Shown: piece after piece, positions 40,889 to 54,680 of the stretch
Numbering within the stretch: position 1 is the first letter of the stretch
How the letters are laid out: each line of letters begins with the position of its first letter
Assembly (NCBI GenBank): GCA_051294905.1
Contig: CM119372.1
Coordinates: forward strand, 34,846,001 to 34,910,000
Source of the DNA: Botryllus schlosseri
Taxonomy: Eukaryota
DNA: 64,000 nucleotides
Direction: 5' to 3'
The notes under the pieces: model-generated
The model's input: the letters and a program-made list of their open reading frames with translations, nothing else
Told to the model about the DNA's origin: nothing
Database searches by the model: none
Translations under genes and position numbers: made by a program

Positions 40889-41999
40889 AAAGTAGGCTCT
40901 TTTAACAGGCACAGAAATTCAATTATCGAACACCGTTTACAAGACAATATTCTACATGGGTAGGCCTAAATGTAATTTCACGGTTATTCGCAAAATGATA
41001 AACTAAAATTGGCATAAATGGAGGGGGGGTCATAAAATCAAAGTAAGCTCTATTAGCAGGTGCAGAAATTTAATGATCGACTACTGTTTATGGTACCATA
41101 TTCTACATGGGTACATATATTTTCACGGTTACTCGTAAAATGACAACTAAAATTCGCATAAATGTAAGGGGAAGGGGGGCTCATAAAATCAAAGTAGGCT
41201 CTTTTAGCAGAAGCAGAAATTTAATGATCGACTGTTTACGGTACCATATTCTACATCGGTACATACATTTTCACGGTTATTCGCAAAATTATAACTAAAA
41301 TTCGCATAAATGTAGGGGGGGGGGGCTAATAAAATCGAAGTAAGCTCTTTAAGCGGATGCAGAAATTCAATGATCGACTACTGTTTACGGTACGATATGC
41401 TACATGGGTACATGTATTTTCACGGTTATTCGTAAAATGATAACCAAAAATCGCGTAAATGAAGAAGGAACCCCCCCCCTCATAAAATCAAAGTAAGCTT
41501 TTAGCAGGTGCAGTAATTTAATGATTGACTTCTGTGTGCGGTATTACATTCTACATGGGTACATGTATTTTCAGTTATTTGCAAAATGATAACATTTACG
41601 TATATGTAGGAGGGGGGCCCTTTAGCTAAAGGCAAAATAGATAGAGATCATCACATCAAAGTGAGCTCTTGCAACTAGCGCAGAAATTTAATGATCGACT
41701 ACTGCTTACGGTACCATATTCTAAATTGGCGCATGGATTTTTGTGGTTATTCGTAAAATGATTACTAAAAAATGAGATTTGATGATTGACCTGTCTTTAC
41801 GGTACAATACCATATTCTTTATGGATACAAGGATTCCGCGGTTATTCAGAAAATGGTAATACTTGAAAAAAAGCTCGTAAACCGGAGAAATAGTTGGAAA
41901 AAGCGCGTAAACCGAGGAGGGGGGGCCTCGAAAGCGCGTAAATCAACCAGGGGGGCCCTAGGCGACCGCCTACCTCGCCTACCGCAAAAGCGACCACTG
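40886..41999. repeat. ~150-bp tandem array (6-7 diverged units) ending in a TIR-like terminus; probably the right part of a MITE
   Basis: Recurrent ATCAAAGTARGCTCTT...AGAAATTTAATGATCGAC...TTCTACATGGGTAC; ends GGGCCCTAGGCGACCGCCTACCTCGCCTACCGCAAAAGCGACCACTG. Confidence 0.75.
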
Positions 42000-44900
42000 A
42001 TAGTGTCCTATATGGTGTCGACACAGGCAAATCTCACACCTCAGTGAAATTGTATCACGTCATAATTTCCATTTGGCTCCAGGCAATTTGACTGTCAATT
42101 TTGACCAGCTTCACTCTAAATTCCAAGCGTTACGTTAAAACACAATATGACTTTTTTCCATCTCTCGAGATGCGTGAGTGTGAAGTAAACACCGGCATAG
42201 AGAGAGAGCGACGTCTGTTTTCGCGTGAGTGACATTAAGGTGAGCTAAATGGAGTTCATTCCTCATTTTCCTCTTCTCGTAATATTACGTCACAAACGAC
42301 GTGGTATCGCACGATCGATATTGTGACAATCGCGAGAAGAGTGAGAACGTTCACAAAATATTCCGTTGAGTGAAGTTGGCTGCAAGAGTTGTTCGTAGTT
42401 GGCCGCCATGGAATTAAAATTGGCCATTTTCTGCTAGGACTCGGTATAAAGCAGAGACACGTCTACTTATTGAACGGTAAGTGTTAAGTATATTGATCAC
42501 GCAAATCATAGAAAGCTATTACGGTAGGTTCTGTTTGATAAGGTTATGACAAATAGCGCTGTTTTACATGTATACAGCTCGACTATTATTTTCTAACGTG
42601 CAGCAATGTTTCTTGGTCGATTGTACGCTTTAGATACAGATGGCACAGCCTACAACTGTTCTTCAATTTTGTGTTGTACCGGTAACGTTGCATCATATGA
42701 TACCTGCATCAGCGTGCATACTTATTTATACATTTTACGAGCAGTGTAACGATAATGCCGAAGATATTTGTGTAATTTCTTGTTCTGCATACAAGTATAT
42801 ATCTATCAAGAATTCTCAGCCTGTGATTCAAGGTTCCCACCACCATGTAAATCTCTATATTTGTAAAGACTGGTCTAGGTTCTTGTCAAAACAGCTACCC
42901 TGAATTCAATTGCGTTAAAACGTTTGTACAAGCATCGGGGAGTAGTGATGCTGTTAAGCTCTGCAAATCTTCTGACTTCAACTATCCATGGCTACAAATC
43001 AGTCTCAAAATTGATGACACACAGTATATTATTAGCTAGAATGTTGATCAGGTGTGGTGCTTTTGAAGGTTGTCCTGCTAAAGCTATTGGTGTGATTATT
43101 ATTTCATACGTTTGGGACTAAACAATATGTATTTTCTTTCAGAAAATGAAGTATGTAGCTCGGCTTTTGGATTACTATTGGATGATGATTCAATTAAAAT
43201 TAATTTCAAAGTGGTATCATGCGTCGTTTGATGAGCCTGAGAGATGTGAGTATATTGTTTCCATATTCGTAGCTACGAATTTTCCATTGTAGAAAGGGAG
43301 TGATATTTATCATCTAATCTTGTCTTGCAGAAGTAGTTGACGTCTATCGAACACAGCGAGATCAATGTAGTATCCCATGTTCATGCTCCAAATAGTGATT
43401 TTGAACATCCACTGACTTCTCGATCACAAGCTCTTGATATGTGTAGAACTTATTAAAGTAATTATTGCATTCTCCTTTACATGGAAGTATATTTTACAGA
43501 AAAGTGAAGTCACTCAGATGGAAAGAGAAGTTAGTACGTAGTACTCGCCTGTCTTGCCTACATCAAGTACTTGCATTCCGGTGTGAACATTTGCAGAACT
43601 ATATTCCATCGAATGCTCGCATAAATTGAGTACTATCACATTTTAGGCGGAAGAAGTTTAAACAAATCGAGGAAGTAGTGAACCCGGAATCGCAACTACC
43701 AGCAAAAAAATGACATCACCCAAATTCAGTGCCCATGTTGCATTCGCATTGCAACATGGAAGAGTTGCCCATTGTATCAATGCGGTTGTGGAGGAGTGCA
43801 TACAATGTCTTATCACAAGTTGATATGACATCCAAAGGAGAATTTTCGAATTCTCGAGACTGCTTTGTCAAAAGTATACATGCCTGCAATTTATTGGGCG
43901 TAATCACTGGGTAAGTGTATATTACACGTTTCTCGATCTATAGTCATTTACCGAGTTTCTCAATTACAGACACATTTCTCGAAAAAACTCTTACAAAAGA
44001 TACGAAACATTCGTCACAGGAAAAAGAGAACGATCAAGATACCATTATATACAATCGAAGGTAGCATCTATCATAGTCTCAATCAGTTCCCTGTTTTCGT
44101 AACCCTTGGGTAATATTTCCTCAAGGCGTTGACCAAGCAGAGTTCGGGAACGAAGCAAGTCTGATGAAAAGGCATGCAAAACATTCTCCGGACTAGGCAA
44201 AGATCGGCGTTCTGTTTCGAAAATTGCATCGCTCGCGTCGCGGTGTATTGGCAGAAATGACAACACAAAGTGTGCGACAAATACTAAGGAACTTTCCTGA
44301 TCTTTTCAATGTGAATCTAGTGAGTATGTTAACTCTTGGAAAGAATGTGCTCAATTTACTCTCATTTTCAGTGATTACGTGATAACTAGGGCAAGTTTTT
44401 TTTTGCACTAAAATCGCGAGAAAGTTGCCTTTAATTTTGACAAACGTTGTAGTAAAAAGTTGCATTTAGATTTTTTGTTGAATTATCGAGGTACGAGATA
44501 CTCAAAAGGCTCAGTTGTTTAACCTAGTTCCTGCACAGCTGTCAAATTTGTTATTTCGCTGTTTTGCGGTCTGACGAAACCGCCCAAAATTACATTTCAT
44601 CCCGGCACACAGCAAGAAAATTATGCAATGCGGGAATACCAGAAGAAGTGGACCCAGTGGAAATGTAATTTTCAGCTGTCTCATCTGGGCGTTCGTGAAA
44701 TGGGAAAACTATTTCAAATTTAAACGACAGAATAAATAAAGCGATCTATTTAAATATTATTCGGGCAACGTTGTGCTGGGCAGGGGGAGTCGAACTTCTA
44801 TCCGGTGTGTCATAGATAACACTGAGATGCAGCTAACCTATCATATGGCTCTTCGTTATGTAAACTGAAGGGAGTAGAACAATACTAAAAATAGTTAATA

Positions 44901-45412
44901 GCATGGTTACTAAATCACTCCTTTACATTTTTATGCAATATTTGATAAAAGTTGCAATAAAAATTGGCTATAAAAATAGAGAAAAGTTGCACTATAAAAT
45001 CTCTCCAAACAGCTTAAAACACCATGGTACGTAGATTATGAGTACCCGCCAAGCTGTCAGAAGCTGTAAAAAAAGTTGCAAAAGCTGCAAAAACTTGCCC
45101 GAGTGATAACTGATGATAACATAGTAATGCCCTTTTTTCAGATCCGAGAAGAATTCGAGCTTTTGACATCGCGCTCGGCAGCAGAAATCATACAGCGATA
45201 CCGCACTATGCTTTCCACCGTGGGTACAATGATCGGTGCAATGTCTGGAGAAACGGTCAGTACCGTATACTAGATCATTTATCATTCACCTACCTACTGT
45301 TTTTCGCAGCATTATTTGACAATCATTTAGAATTTTAGATCAAAGTGGAACCCCCTAAGGGATGATTTTGAAAGAAGGGGGCAGAAAAGTACAACTGGTA
45401 TACATGTCAAAC

Positions 45413-45943
45413 CAGGGTTGTAACCCTGTCACAAGTCAATCACACTTATATAGTTTTAACTCGAGTCATGTCGGGTCATTTTCAATTCACCACTGAGTCA
45501 AGTCTAAGTCATCAAGCACAGGGCGGAGTTCAAGTCATGGTATTATGACTCTGAGTCCAAGTCATTGTTTTGACTGCTGAGTTTCCAGTTGAGGTCTTGT
45601 TAAACCCAATTTTTATACCTGTTTGTTGATATCGAAAAGTTCGCATTAATAATATACTAATTTTACCCACTTTTAGCACTTTCTAGTCACATTTTCGAGT
45701 ACCGATACCAATAGACAAAACCCGAGTAGTGTAATTACTTTACTATTCTTCGAAATAACAATGAAGTCTTGGCCAGTTAAGTCTCGAGAAATGTGACCTG
45801 GTTCGAGTCATGCGCAATGACTCGAGTCCAAGTCGAGTCAATACACAGTTTGACTCAAGTCGAGTCATTTCCGTATTTTGAGAAAATGACTCGAGTCATC
45901 AGAAAATTGTAACTCGAATCGGATTTGAGTCCTTACAACCCTG
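45413..45943. mobile_element. hAT-like MITE rich in GACTCGAGTC motifs
   Basis: TIR CAGGGTTGTAA / TTACAACCCTG; perfect 8-bp TSD TGTCAAAC. Confidence 0.85.
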
Positions 45944-46886
45944 TGTCAAACTAACCTGATTTAAACCCAGCTATATGGATGGAATCGGTATAATTTGCCT
46001 ATTTTCCACCTATGGAATTACATTGTAACTCTTCATAATTACACATGAAAAAGTTTGCCAGGTAATATACGCGGAGTAGTATAAAACTTATTGCTATTTA
46101 CGCTTCGCCATTAGCCGTTACTAGACGCTAGTAATATGTGCAAAAGCTCGTCGCCGACAAATATCTGTAGAAGTCTATCAGCAGTAGAAGTAAAGTTAAT
46201 GTAAGCCGCAGTTGGGAATCGCTGGTCTAAAAGGTTTGTGAACCTCTGATTTAGATCAAGTCAAGAAAACCGTAGCTAATATTTCAACTTATTACAATTG
46301 TATTTACCAAGTACTCCACATACATGGATATATGCACGTGACCTAATCACAACATTGTTAAAATGATATTTTCCAGGAAGAAGATGAAAGTAAAGAGTTG
46401 AAAGGTCTCCTATTCCTCCAAAAAGAATTGACAGATAAGCGCCTAAAATCAACATCAAAGTTGCTCGCTATTGCCGTCCAGCACGTAATTATAGGTTTTT
46501 GAGCCATGATATCTTGCCGAGTATTGTGGGTGAGAGGGCTGTCCAGAGGTGGTCCAAGTAGTCAGCCATGGTACAACAGTAGAGTGAAGGAAATGCCGTA
46601 AATTTCACCCACCTTTTCAATTGCAAGGTGCATCTTTGTGACTAATGCCCAAGGCAGAACCTTCTTGAGTATACGGAAAAAGTGAAAGTATTCCGTCACT
46701 GATGTTACTCTTAGCGTGCGATCAATTAGTGTTAAATGTGTGTAAAGGAGTCAGGTCTCCAAGTTCTATTCTTGCTAGCCAGTCCCTCAGCAATCTCATC
46801 TGGTAATGGTGGTCATGATTTGATATTTTGACAACAGATAATAATAACCGCATTATAGAATGACTTATCCATTTTTATTATTTCAG

Positions 46887-47192
46887 GCACATGATGTTAA
46901 AGTTGAATGCCTAAAACTGGACCCCTTGCACCCACTTATCGCCATCCATGAGTCGGGAGTTCATCAGGGTAAAGTGTTCGTGGATGAAATCACTATACCC
47001 TGCACAAAAGATCAAGGAATCCCAGGCATGGTCATTGACCTGATGTCTTGTTACTATGCCTGGGACCTTGCGTACCCAAAATCATTTATTATCCTCGGAT
47101 TTATTCAAAAGACACTTATCGGTGACAGATTCGGACAACTATATAATTCTAGAAATCCAATTATGTCGCTTGCTCATCATCTGTCCGCGTAA
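46887..47192 (+). pseudogene. Last exon of a SAMD3-like / EnSpm accessory-ORF gene; SAM-like exon at 43143-43245
   Basis: After acceptor TTTCAG: VFVDEITI...LMSCYYAWDLAYPKSFIILGFIQKTLIG resembles the F/YxxxxLxYP...LxFIQ C-terminus of animal EnSpm accessory proteins. Confidence 0.5.
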
Positions 47193-48674
47193 CGTTTGTA
47201 ATGTCACTGCACGTTGCACCTATGTTTCAAATGAGTTGGTGCTTTTTGCAATAAAATTCGTTTCATTTCAGTTCTGCGTCATTGTTGAACACGTCAGGGT
47301 TAGTAGTTTTCATATCGAGCTATGTGACAATATTAAACACGACAGCGTTACCTAAAACGCAAAAAAGCGTGACACGCAATATGAAACGCAATCAGGCGGT
47401 AAAATTCGACTCACTTTTGGCGTTTTATTTTCCGTCTCATAAACGCTAATGAACTTTAGAGTGTTGTTGAGCAATAAATTTGGTAAAACGGGTATCAATC
47501 GAAAGCTGACTCTGCACTGATTACGACAATATAAATTTTATTCCGCTCGTGGCCCTGGAACTCCCACAATCAGCCCCGAATTTTCCATTGTTATGGAGAT
47601 TGGCATTGGGACGCAACGTAAGAGTACGTTCTTGAAATTGGTCTTTATCCCAGCTTGACCAACAATGCAAAAGAAATTGCATCGATTTTTGGAAGCACGT
47701 ACGCATGTGACCAATAGTTTTGAACAATGAAATTCACGAAGAGCAAGCTAAGATCACGTATTTCGGACGTCCATTTTGAATAGGGTCTGATTAATGTTTC
47801 ATCTGACTTATTACCAGAAGTTGAAAACCTTTCACAAGCAAGCTGCGTCAATAGACACTTACGTGACCTTTGACACGAACCAATCAGGTTGCAGTAGGAT
47901 GTAAACAAAGAACAAGCCCGGGCAAGCTTACTATGAGCTCTTATGGAAAGGGGTTGAAAAATATAGGTTTTTAGCAAAATTACATTGAATTGGGAATAGC
48001 TGGCTTTGGTGAATGGTAATAACGTAGAGCTAGTATGTATATGCAGTGTTATAACCTACAATAAGCATGAATGATGGCAAGTACGCATCAGCATGGTATG
48101 TCCAACTGAATGAATTTCTGACAACTTTTCGGATGAAGCAACTATTGCTGTATTATCCTTAGTCGTATACTATAGGATTGTCGTAGCGAATAGAATGTAT
48201 TAGAGGAATATTGAGTCAGGATGTGTGTGGTATCCATTATGTGGCGTTATATGCGTTCTATTTATGGAATCGACATTTGTATATAGTAGTCTACAGTCTG
48301 TATCATTATCTAGCAAATTACTGTTACACTGGACACTTGTCTGCATATTCAATGATCATATTAATATGATATATGTTAGTCAACATGATCTGTTCCCGGC
48401 TGAAATCGTCATTTTTTGTTCTAGCTCGTGTATTGTATCTATCAGGATAAATACTGTGCTAATAGCCTGCGTAACATGGAGATGGCTACCCAGACCGTTC
48501 CTGGTGTGCGCTTTTACCTTTCCCAGAGCCAATGACATGCATGGAAGAATGTAAAATCTGGATAAAGGCATGTGGACTTCCTTGTAGTCATCTGAATTCT
48601 CATTTTATTAAGAAAATGACATATCTATTATTGTACCAAAAATATTGAATCGTGACATAATCTAGAATCTAGAT

Positions 48675-49008
48675 CAGCGGTTCCCAACATGGGCGATTTG
48701 GCGGTCTAGGGGGGCGAAAATGGACAAAGGGGGCGAAAATAGCGAAGGGGGCGATTCGGGGGGGGGGGCGATGACGCGTCAAAACGGCTGACAATTTTTT
48801 GATTTTTTTTTTTAGTCAACCCACGGAAATTTAGTTACAAAAGTGTGTCAAATTAGACATCGAGCCGAAAATTTGACCCTTTTTTTTAGTCAACCCGCCG
48901 GTGATTACAGGTTTGTATGCCCAATTTTCGGTACACAAAATTTGGGGGGCGATGATCGGTATTGACCTTGAAAAGGGGGCGATAGGTCAAAAAGGTTGGG
49001 AACCACTG
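48675..49008. mobile_element. hAT-like MITE nested in the PHIS element
   Basis: TIR CAGCGGTTCCCAAC / GTTGGGAACCACTG; perfect 8-bp TSD ATCTAGAT. Confidence 0.88.
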
Positions 49009-49709
49009 ATCTAGATGAAACAATTCTGTGTTTCAAAATGAGTCCAATCTGAAATGCAGTCACACTTGATGCCACAATCGACTTGGTGTGTGTCTCGTTT
49101 TATTCCACTCCAGTTTTGTTGCTTGATGGTGTGTAATGTATTGAAATTGTTGAAAACAATATATTCAATAATGAGACGAATAGTTGAAATTGGTAGCGGT
49201 GATACGTTGTACGAGTCGGACGAGTACGCCTTGATAGGTGCCTGCACAGCAGTATTGCTCTGTAAAATAAACATATTATATATTTTGTGCAGGCTTGATG
49301 GATATCTTTTATGAAGCTGCAGAAAGAGGAAGTCGATGGATAAAATGCAAGAAAATCAAATTTCTGGAAGAAGTATAGAAGCACAAAACAGTAAACTCGT
49401 CCAGGAAAATTACAAATTGGCGGACAATTATTGCTAGTGAAGTTCAGTTCTCAGAGGAGCATCATAATTTTAAAAGATGCGGAGAAGCTGAAATTTTATG
49501 CTAGACTACATTAAATTCTTTCTGAATTGCCCGACTTATCCTACTGACGTCAAATTTATAGTATTGCTGTAAGCATAGTATTTAACCATTGGGTCAGCCA
49601 TATGTAACTGCTTCATTAAATCGCGATTTGGCCATGTAGATATGTGGTTCTTAAAAATGCACCATTTGCATTCATTCATGATTTCTCAAATCTAGAATGA
49701 TTATTGACT

Positions 49710-50080
49710 GTCAATAAATCACATACAACAACTTTGAAAGGATTGATGGATGGTGGTAGACTTACTTTTGTGCAGGAACTATTTACAGGGAGCATTTAAG
49801 ATCGAAATATTAGTTAAATATGTGGATTCGACAAGAAATGTAAGAAAATGATGGAGTTCAGCTATGGTGAGCCAGGCAATGCTATCATGGCAGAAAAGGG
49901 ATTCACCATTGAGTCTGAAATCAAGAAATTGAATCGAGATTTAAATATTCCTGCACGTGATTTACACACCTTCAAATGCCTGAGCCAGACTGTTCCACAA
50001 CAAGAAAGATGGTGAGAGAACGTATTCATATTGAACAGCTGATCGGAAGAATCAAGGAGTATAAAATTTTGTCTGGTGTC
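49710..50080 (+). pseudogene. Harbinger/ISL2EU-type DDE transposase remnant
   Basis: Fragments TTLKGL, TFVQELFTGSI*DR, PGNAIMAEKGFTI, LNIP, RERIHIEQLIGRIKEYKIL. Confidence 0.75.
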
Positions 50081-52699
50081 ATACTATGCAGCATTGGGTA
50101 TCACAACTAACCAAATATATATGGACTAATTGCATACTCTAATTCAAGATTGAAAATTAAAAATGAATGACGCAACATATTCGGCAATTGTGCAAATTCA
50201 GTTCCATTGTCAATATCGTAATGCCTAATAGCATGCTACGGATCGTAATTGCGCGGTGCCATGGTCAGTCTGTACCAACAGTGCATGTCTAGATATTCCA
50301 GTGGTGTGCATTATTGAAGCTCATTTAGATGCCCAATTTGTTGAATGAACAATTCTCCAGATGAAAATGTTCTAGGATTATTTGTGTTTGATGGAATGTT
50401 ATAAAACTGAAGACACCAGATACACCAAAATCTACCTTGAGGCAGGAGTTGATCGGTTGCGAGTACGGTGGAGAGATTGCTTGTTAATCACGATGGAGCT
50501 CACTGATGCTGATGCAAATCACAATGTAGTCCTTTTAGCTTCAGGTGCTGGATTGTCTTAATCAATGCATATGCATGAGAGCATATATCAGAACCTAATA
50601 TGAAAATAAATCATGGTTAAAATATCTATTGAAGGAGTCTCTGAAAAAATGTCCTTTTCCTTACTTACCCTGTCTTACAAGTGCAAGACGAATCAATAAT
50701 GGATTTTCCGAGAACGTGTATTTCCATTGAGTGTGTTATCTCACTTTTCCGCAAGTTGCCATAACATTGGCTGTTCACTAGAATATTGCTTCTAAAAAGA
50801 GTAGATTGTCTCCTCAATCTTTATCCCTAAATCGTGTGCATAGCGCTCCATAAAATACTTCGTAGCTTCCTCCGCGGTGTTAGAAGAAGATGCTGTTCCA
50901 CTCAAATCCATAAATTCGATAGAATCTCCATAGCTTTCAAGTTTCATAATCAATACACAAAAATTGTGATGTGTGGCAGCAGCTATATTTTATAGTATAT
51001 ATATTTCTGAACATGAGATATGCTTGAAAATTTTGCTCGAGACCTGGAGCCTATGAAATCGTCAAAATATGCATTACCACAATCCTATAGTATAGTATAC
51101 AACAATCGTCGCTTAATCAGAAAAGTTGTCAAAAACCCGTGCATTTGGACACAGCACGCTGGTGCGTACTTGCCACCATTCATGTTCATCCTAGATTAAA
51201 AGCTGCAACCACATACTGGCTCTACGCTATTACGATTCATTAAGGCCAATCATCCCCAATTCAACGTAATCTTGCTTAAAACCTTCATTTTTCAACCTTT
51301 TTCCATAAGAGCTCATAGTAAGCTTGCCCGGGCTTGTTCTTTGTTTACATCCTGCTGCAACCTGATTGGTTCGTGTCAAAGGTCACGTAAGTGTCTATTG
51401 TCACATTTATTCTGTGTTGTTGAAGTGTAAATACATGTGTCTTCTGATTGGTATGATTGAGATTGCAGCAATGTAGGATAATACACCGAAGTGAGCGTAA
51501 AATAAAGTACTAAGAAAAATTCCGGCCCGCCAAAAAGTTGTACACCCGAAATCTGGCCCGCGACTAGCAAAAGGTTGCCGACCCCTGGCCTATATTAATG
51601 AACACGATACCTAGCGCCAACTTGGGCCACATAATGCCACAATGCTGAAGTACATATTGACGTTTTTAACGTAGCCGAATGTATCAACTGGGCCAATCAT
51701 ATGATACAATATTAACCCACAAAATCAGTAACTCCTAACAATTTCGACGAGGACTTGCAACGGAATATAAGCTTACGCCTTAACGGCCTAGGCCAGACCG
51801 GACAATGCATTCGGCGTATTAGTATTGGTACGTCGATATTGAGTAGAGTGTAAAACGGGTTTCTATAGTTGCTACCGATGTTACCCCACCAACAAGTTAT
51901 ACAGCAGTAGCCAACACACCAATCACACGGATTTGGTTTTTGTGATACAATAAACATATGAAATGAAGATGTACCTTGTACGCGTGCTAGATTTGTTACA
52001 TCAGACAACGATATCAACTTCATTGATTGGTTGAATAAACATCATTCGCTGACTACCTCCATGTGGTGTAGTTCGCCCTAGATGTTGTGTGATTGCGGGT
52101 CAAGCTCACAGCAGATAATCACTAAATTTTCGAGCAAACCATTGTAGCAAAGCAAGTAAAATATTTGAGATCGTCAATGTGCCCGTTAGTTTACTGTTAA
52201 TTTCTTATGCTGCCAGCGCCATGCATATAGTGGACCGCAGTTGAAATGCAATCAATTTCAATCAAACATGTTATAATGAAGTGAAAATTGTAATATATGG
52301 AAAAGGTTCGTAGTACAGAACCTATACAAAGGTTCGTTTGTAAACGTGAACCTTTATTTTTCTGAGGTTCACACACAGAACGCGAACGTGAACCTCACGT
52401 TCACACCATCCCTAAACAGTAGCTGTTGAAGTCAATTGGACATCTGTGGCTGATCAGAGTTGTCAACAATGTCTTTGGATGCTGGTTACATGTTGTATGT
52501 AAAAACCCTTAGTAAAGCCTGCACGTTAACATCAGTTATATTGGAACGTAGCTTTGTCTCGGTAATGTTCACGGTCGAAAATATATGTACAGAGTACAGG
52601 TACACCCGAACAGAGCAAGTAGTTCCATGTCCGTATTTCCCAGGTTGGCAAACTTGGATTCATTCTGTGACGCATGAAATTTGTCGATGCTTTCAGATT

Positions 52700-53183
52700 A
52701 AAGTGCTTCTCGGAGGTACAGAACTTCAATATATAATTGAATTGTATATTGAACAGTATATTTATATTCGGGGTAATCGTCAGCAACTAGTAGAGAATTG
52801 GAGAGAACATTGTATATTAACAATCGTATCACAAAATATGACGTCACCTGCTTGGAATGTAATCTAAAATAAGAGAGCGTTCGATGTACAATTTAAAGAT
52901 TTTACACAAACTCTTTCTGCTGATGTATTTTGATAAAGTTCCACTCCAAGGCATGCACACGGATGAAAGTGTGAGCGGCCCCTTCCGATGACGCGAAATC
53001 TGTCGTCTGGATAATTTTTTGCACGAGCGGGATTATCAAACAAATGTTTGCCAATGGCATAGTTTCTGGCCGTTGATCGTTCAGCATCAAACTTTAGCTT
53101 CACCGAGCTTTTCACCGAGCGTGATGCGCGTTTTCTACGATGTTAATAAACAATGTTCTTTCCAATTCTCTACTGTTTGCTGA
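52700..53183 (-). mobile_element. Older diverged Penelope-like fragment (GIY-YIG C-terminus plus 3' end) with a short inverted 5' piece
   Basis: AIGKHLFDNP..NYPDDRFRVIGRGRS matches the intact family; the hammerhead core is deleted. Confidence 0.8.
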
Positions 53184-53399
53184 AAATAAATGGGTTCATT
53201 TCAATATTGTACTTTCAGATTTGAATTTCACTTTCACGATAGAAACTCTCTGCGGGCCGGTCAAAATCCCTGCGCGGCCGGCTCCGGCCCGCGGGCCGTA
53301 TGTTGCCAGCCCTTGGTCATTTCTGCCACGACAATGGTTTCAGTAATTCAGCCCTTTGTGATGTTTCGGACGACGTCTATGCTCGCTCTCTTTCATCAT

Positions 53400-53620
53400 C
53401 GGTATCTGTCGTTTTTCATGCGCTCATAGCTTGAGATTTGCTGCCTTAGACTCACCTTCACTCGGGGCTTTGGAAACGCTGCTACGGCAGTCAGGTCAGC
53501 GACTAGCCGCCCAGAGAAACCTCCGACACATAGAATTTGTGTCCGAACCGGGATTCGAACCACTGACATCTGGGTATAGTGTAGTGATTCTGGCGCTTGA
53601 CCAACTGCGCTGAATGGTAG
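53400..53620 (-). mobile_element. tRNA-derived SINE-like element
   Basis: A-box-like AGCGCAGTTGG and B-box GGTTCGAATCC on the - strand, without a canonical cloverleaf. The 3' boundary is uncertain. Confidence 0.55.
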
Positions 53621-54073
53621 ACATCGGTAAGCACAAGCTAACTAAGTGTAAATATTATTATTTAGCAAGGCCAGGTCGAACAAGACGATATGAATCCTTT
53701 TGTGTTCTGGATTTCGATTCATTGGATCTACTAAACTTACTTGAAGACGCCAGACGACGTAATCAAGCTTACGAACCATCTCAGACGTAGGCACATCTCC
53801 GTCATCTCATCCGCGTGAGCGGTGTCTCAAAAGTACTAGAAGTGGGGCGTGCTACATGTCGGCAGTTACGGAATCAAAAATACGGACCATCGGCTAGGAG
53901 TAAATTACCATTTTTTAATCATCAAACACCATGAATACCACAAACAACCACAACCTCGCACACGTTTGCCTTACAAGTTGACATTTCACATTCAAGAACT
54001 ATCAGACGGAGAAGTTACCGTGGTGAAGGATGCCTATTTCCAATAGCGTAATCAGTGTGAAACAAATTCAAAC

Positions 54074-54680
54074 ATTAAATAGTATATTCATATTGAAATG
54101 AACCCGAATATTTTCGGCTGATACTCGCCAGGGGTAATCGTCAGCAACTAGTAGAGAATTGGAAAGGACATTGTATATCAACAATCGTATCACAAAATTT
54201 ATCAGAACACGTGCGTCACGCTCAATGAAAAGCTCACCCTTAACTCATCCACTTAAGATTGATGCTGATCGATCAAAGGCCATTAATTCTGCCATCGGCA
54301 AACATCTGTTGGATAATCCGATTTGTGCGAATAATTATCGAGACGACCGATTTCGAATCGTAGGGCGAGGCCGTTCACAATTCCATTTGTGTGCCTTGGA
54401 ATCAACTTTTATCAAAATACACCAACCAAAACTCTGTCAACAAAAGGAGTTCGTGTACCACCTAAAAATAGTACATTGAACGCCCTCTCATTCGAAATTT
54501 CATGCTGGTGACGTCAAATTTTGTGATACGATTGTTGATATACAATGTTCTTTCCAATTCTCTACTAGTTGCTGACGATTACCCCTGACGAGTGTCAGCC
54601 GAAAATATTCGAGTTCATTTCAATATGAATATACTATTTAATTGTATATTGAAGTTCTGTACCTCCAAGAAGCTCTTCAA
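54074..54680 (+). mobile_element. 5'-truncated Penelope-like insertion with inverted terminal copy and 3' tail
   Basis: 54074-~54200 is an inverted copy of the 3' end, followed by the GIY-YIG C-terminus and tail. Flanking duplication (CAA)ATTCAAACAT at 54063-54075 and 54678-54690. Confidence 0.88.
54581..54614 (+). ncRNA. Minimal type I hammerhead ribozyme (one stem I mismatch)
   Basis: ACCC-CTGACGA-GTGTCAGCC-GAAA-ATAT-TC-GAGT. The inverted copy at 54102-54135 has a mutated core (CTGGCGA). Confidence 0.6.

Larger units (their letters stand above)
42112..47463 (+). mobile_element. CACTA/EnSpm-like non-autonomous element with an intron-containing accessory gene
   Basis: Ends CACTCTAAA.TTC..AGCGTT / AACGCT..GAACTTTAGAGTG with TT on both sides (2-bp TSD). 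Internal GT-AG exons; no transposase seen. Confidence 0.55.
47850..51399 (+). mobile_element. Decayed ISL2EU/PIF-Harbinger-group (PHIS) DNA transposon
   Basis: ~110-bp TIRs AATAGACACTTACGTGACCTTTGACACGAACC...; GTC on both flanks. THAP-like remnant at ~48480-48590, DDE remnant at ~49710-50080, and a convergent SWIM-like remnant (SCTCKTG / ICSH) at ~50560-50730. Confidence 0.8.

Noticed and set aside
53316..53412. Hammerhead-like GATGATG...CCGAAAC on the - strand at the SINE 3' side
   Set aside because: No intact CTGANGA core or convincing stems.
53541..53612. tRNA gene
   Set aside because: A and B boxes are present, but there is no proper anticodon or acceptor stem; better explained as a SINE head.
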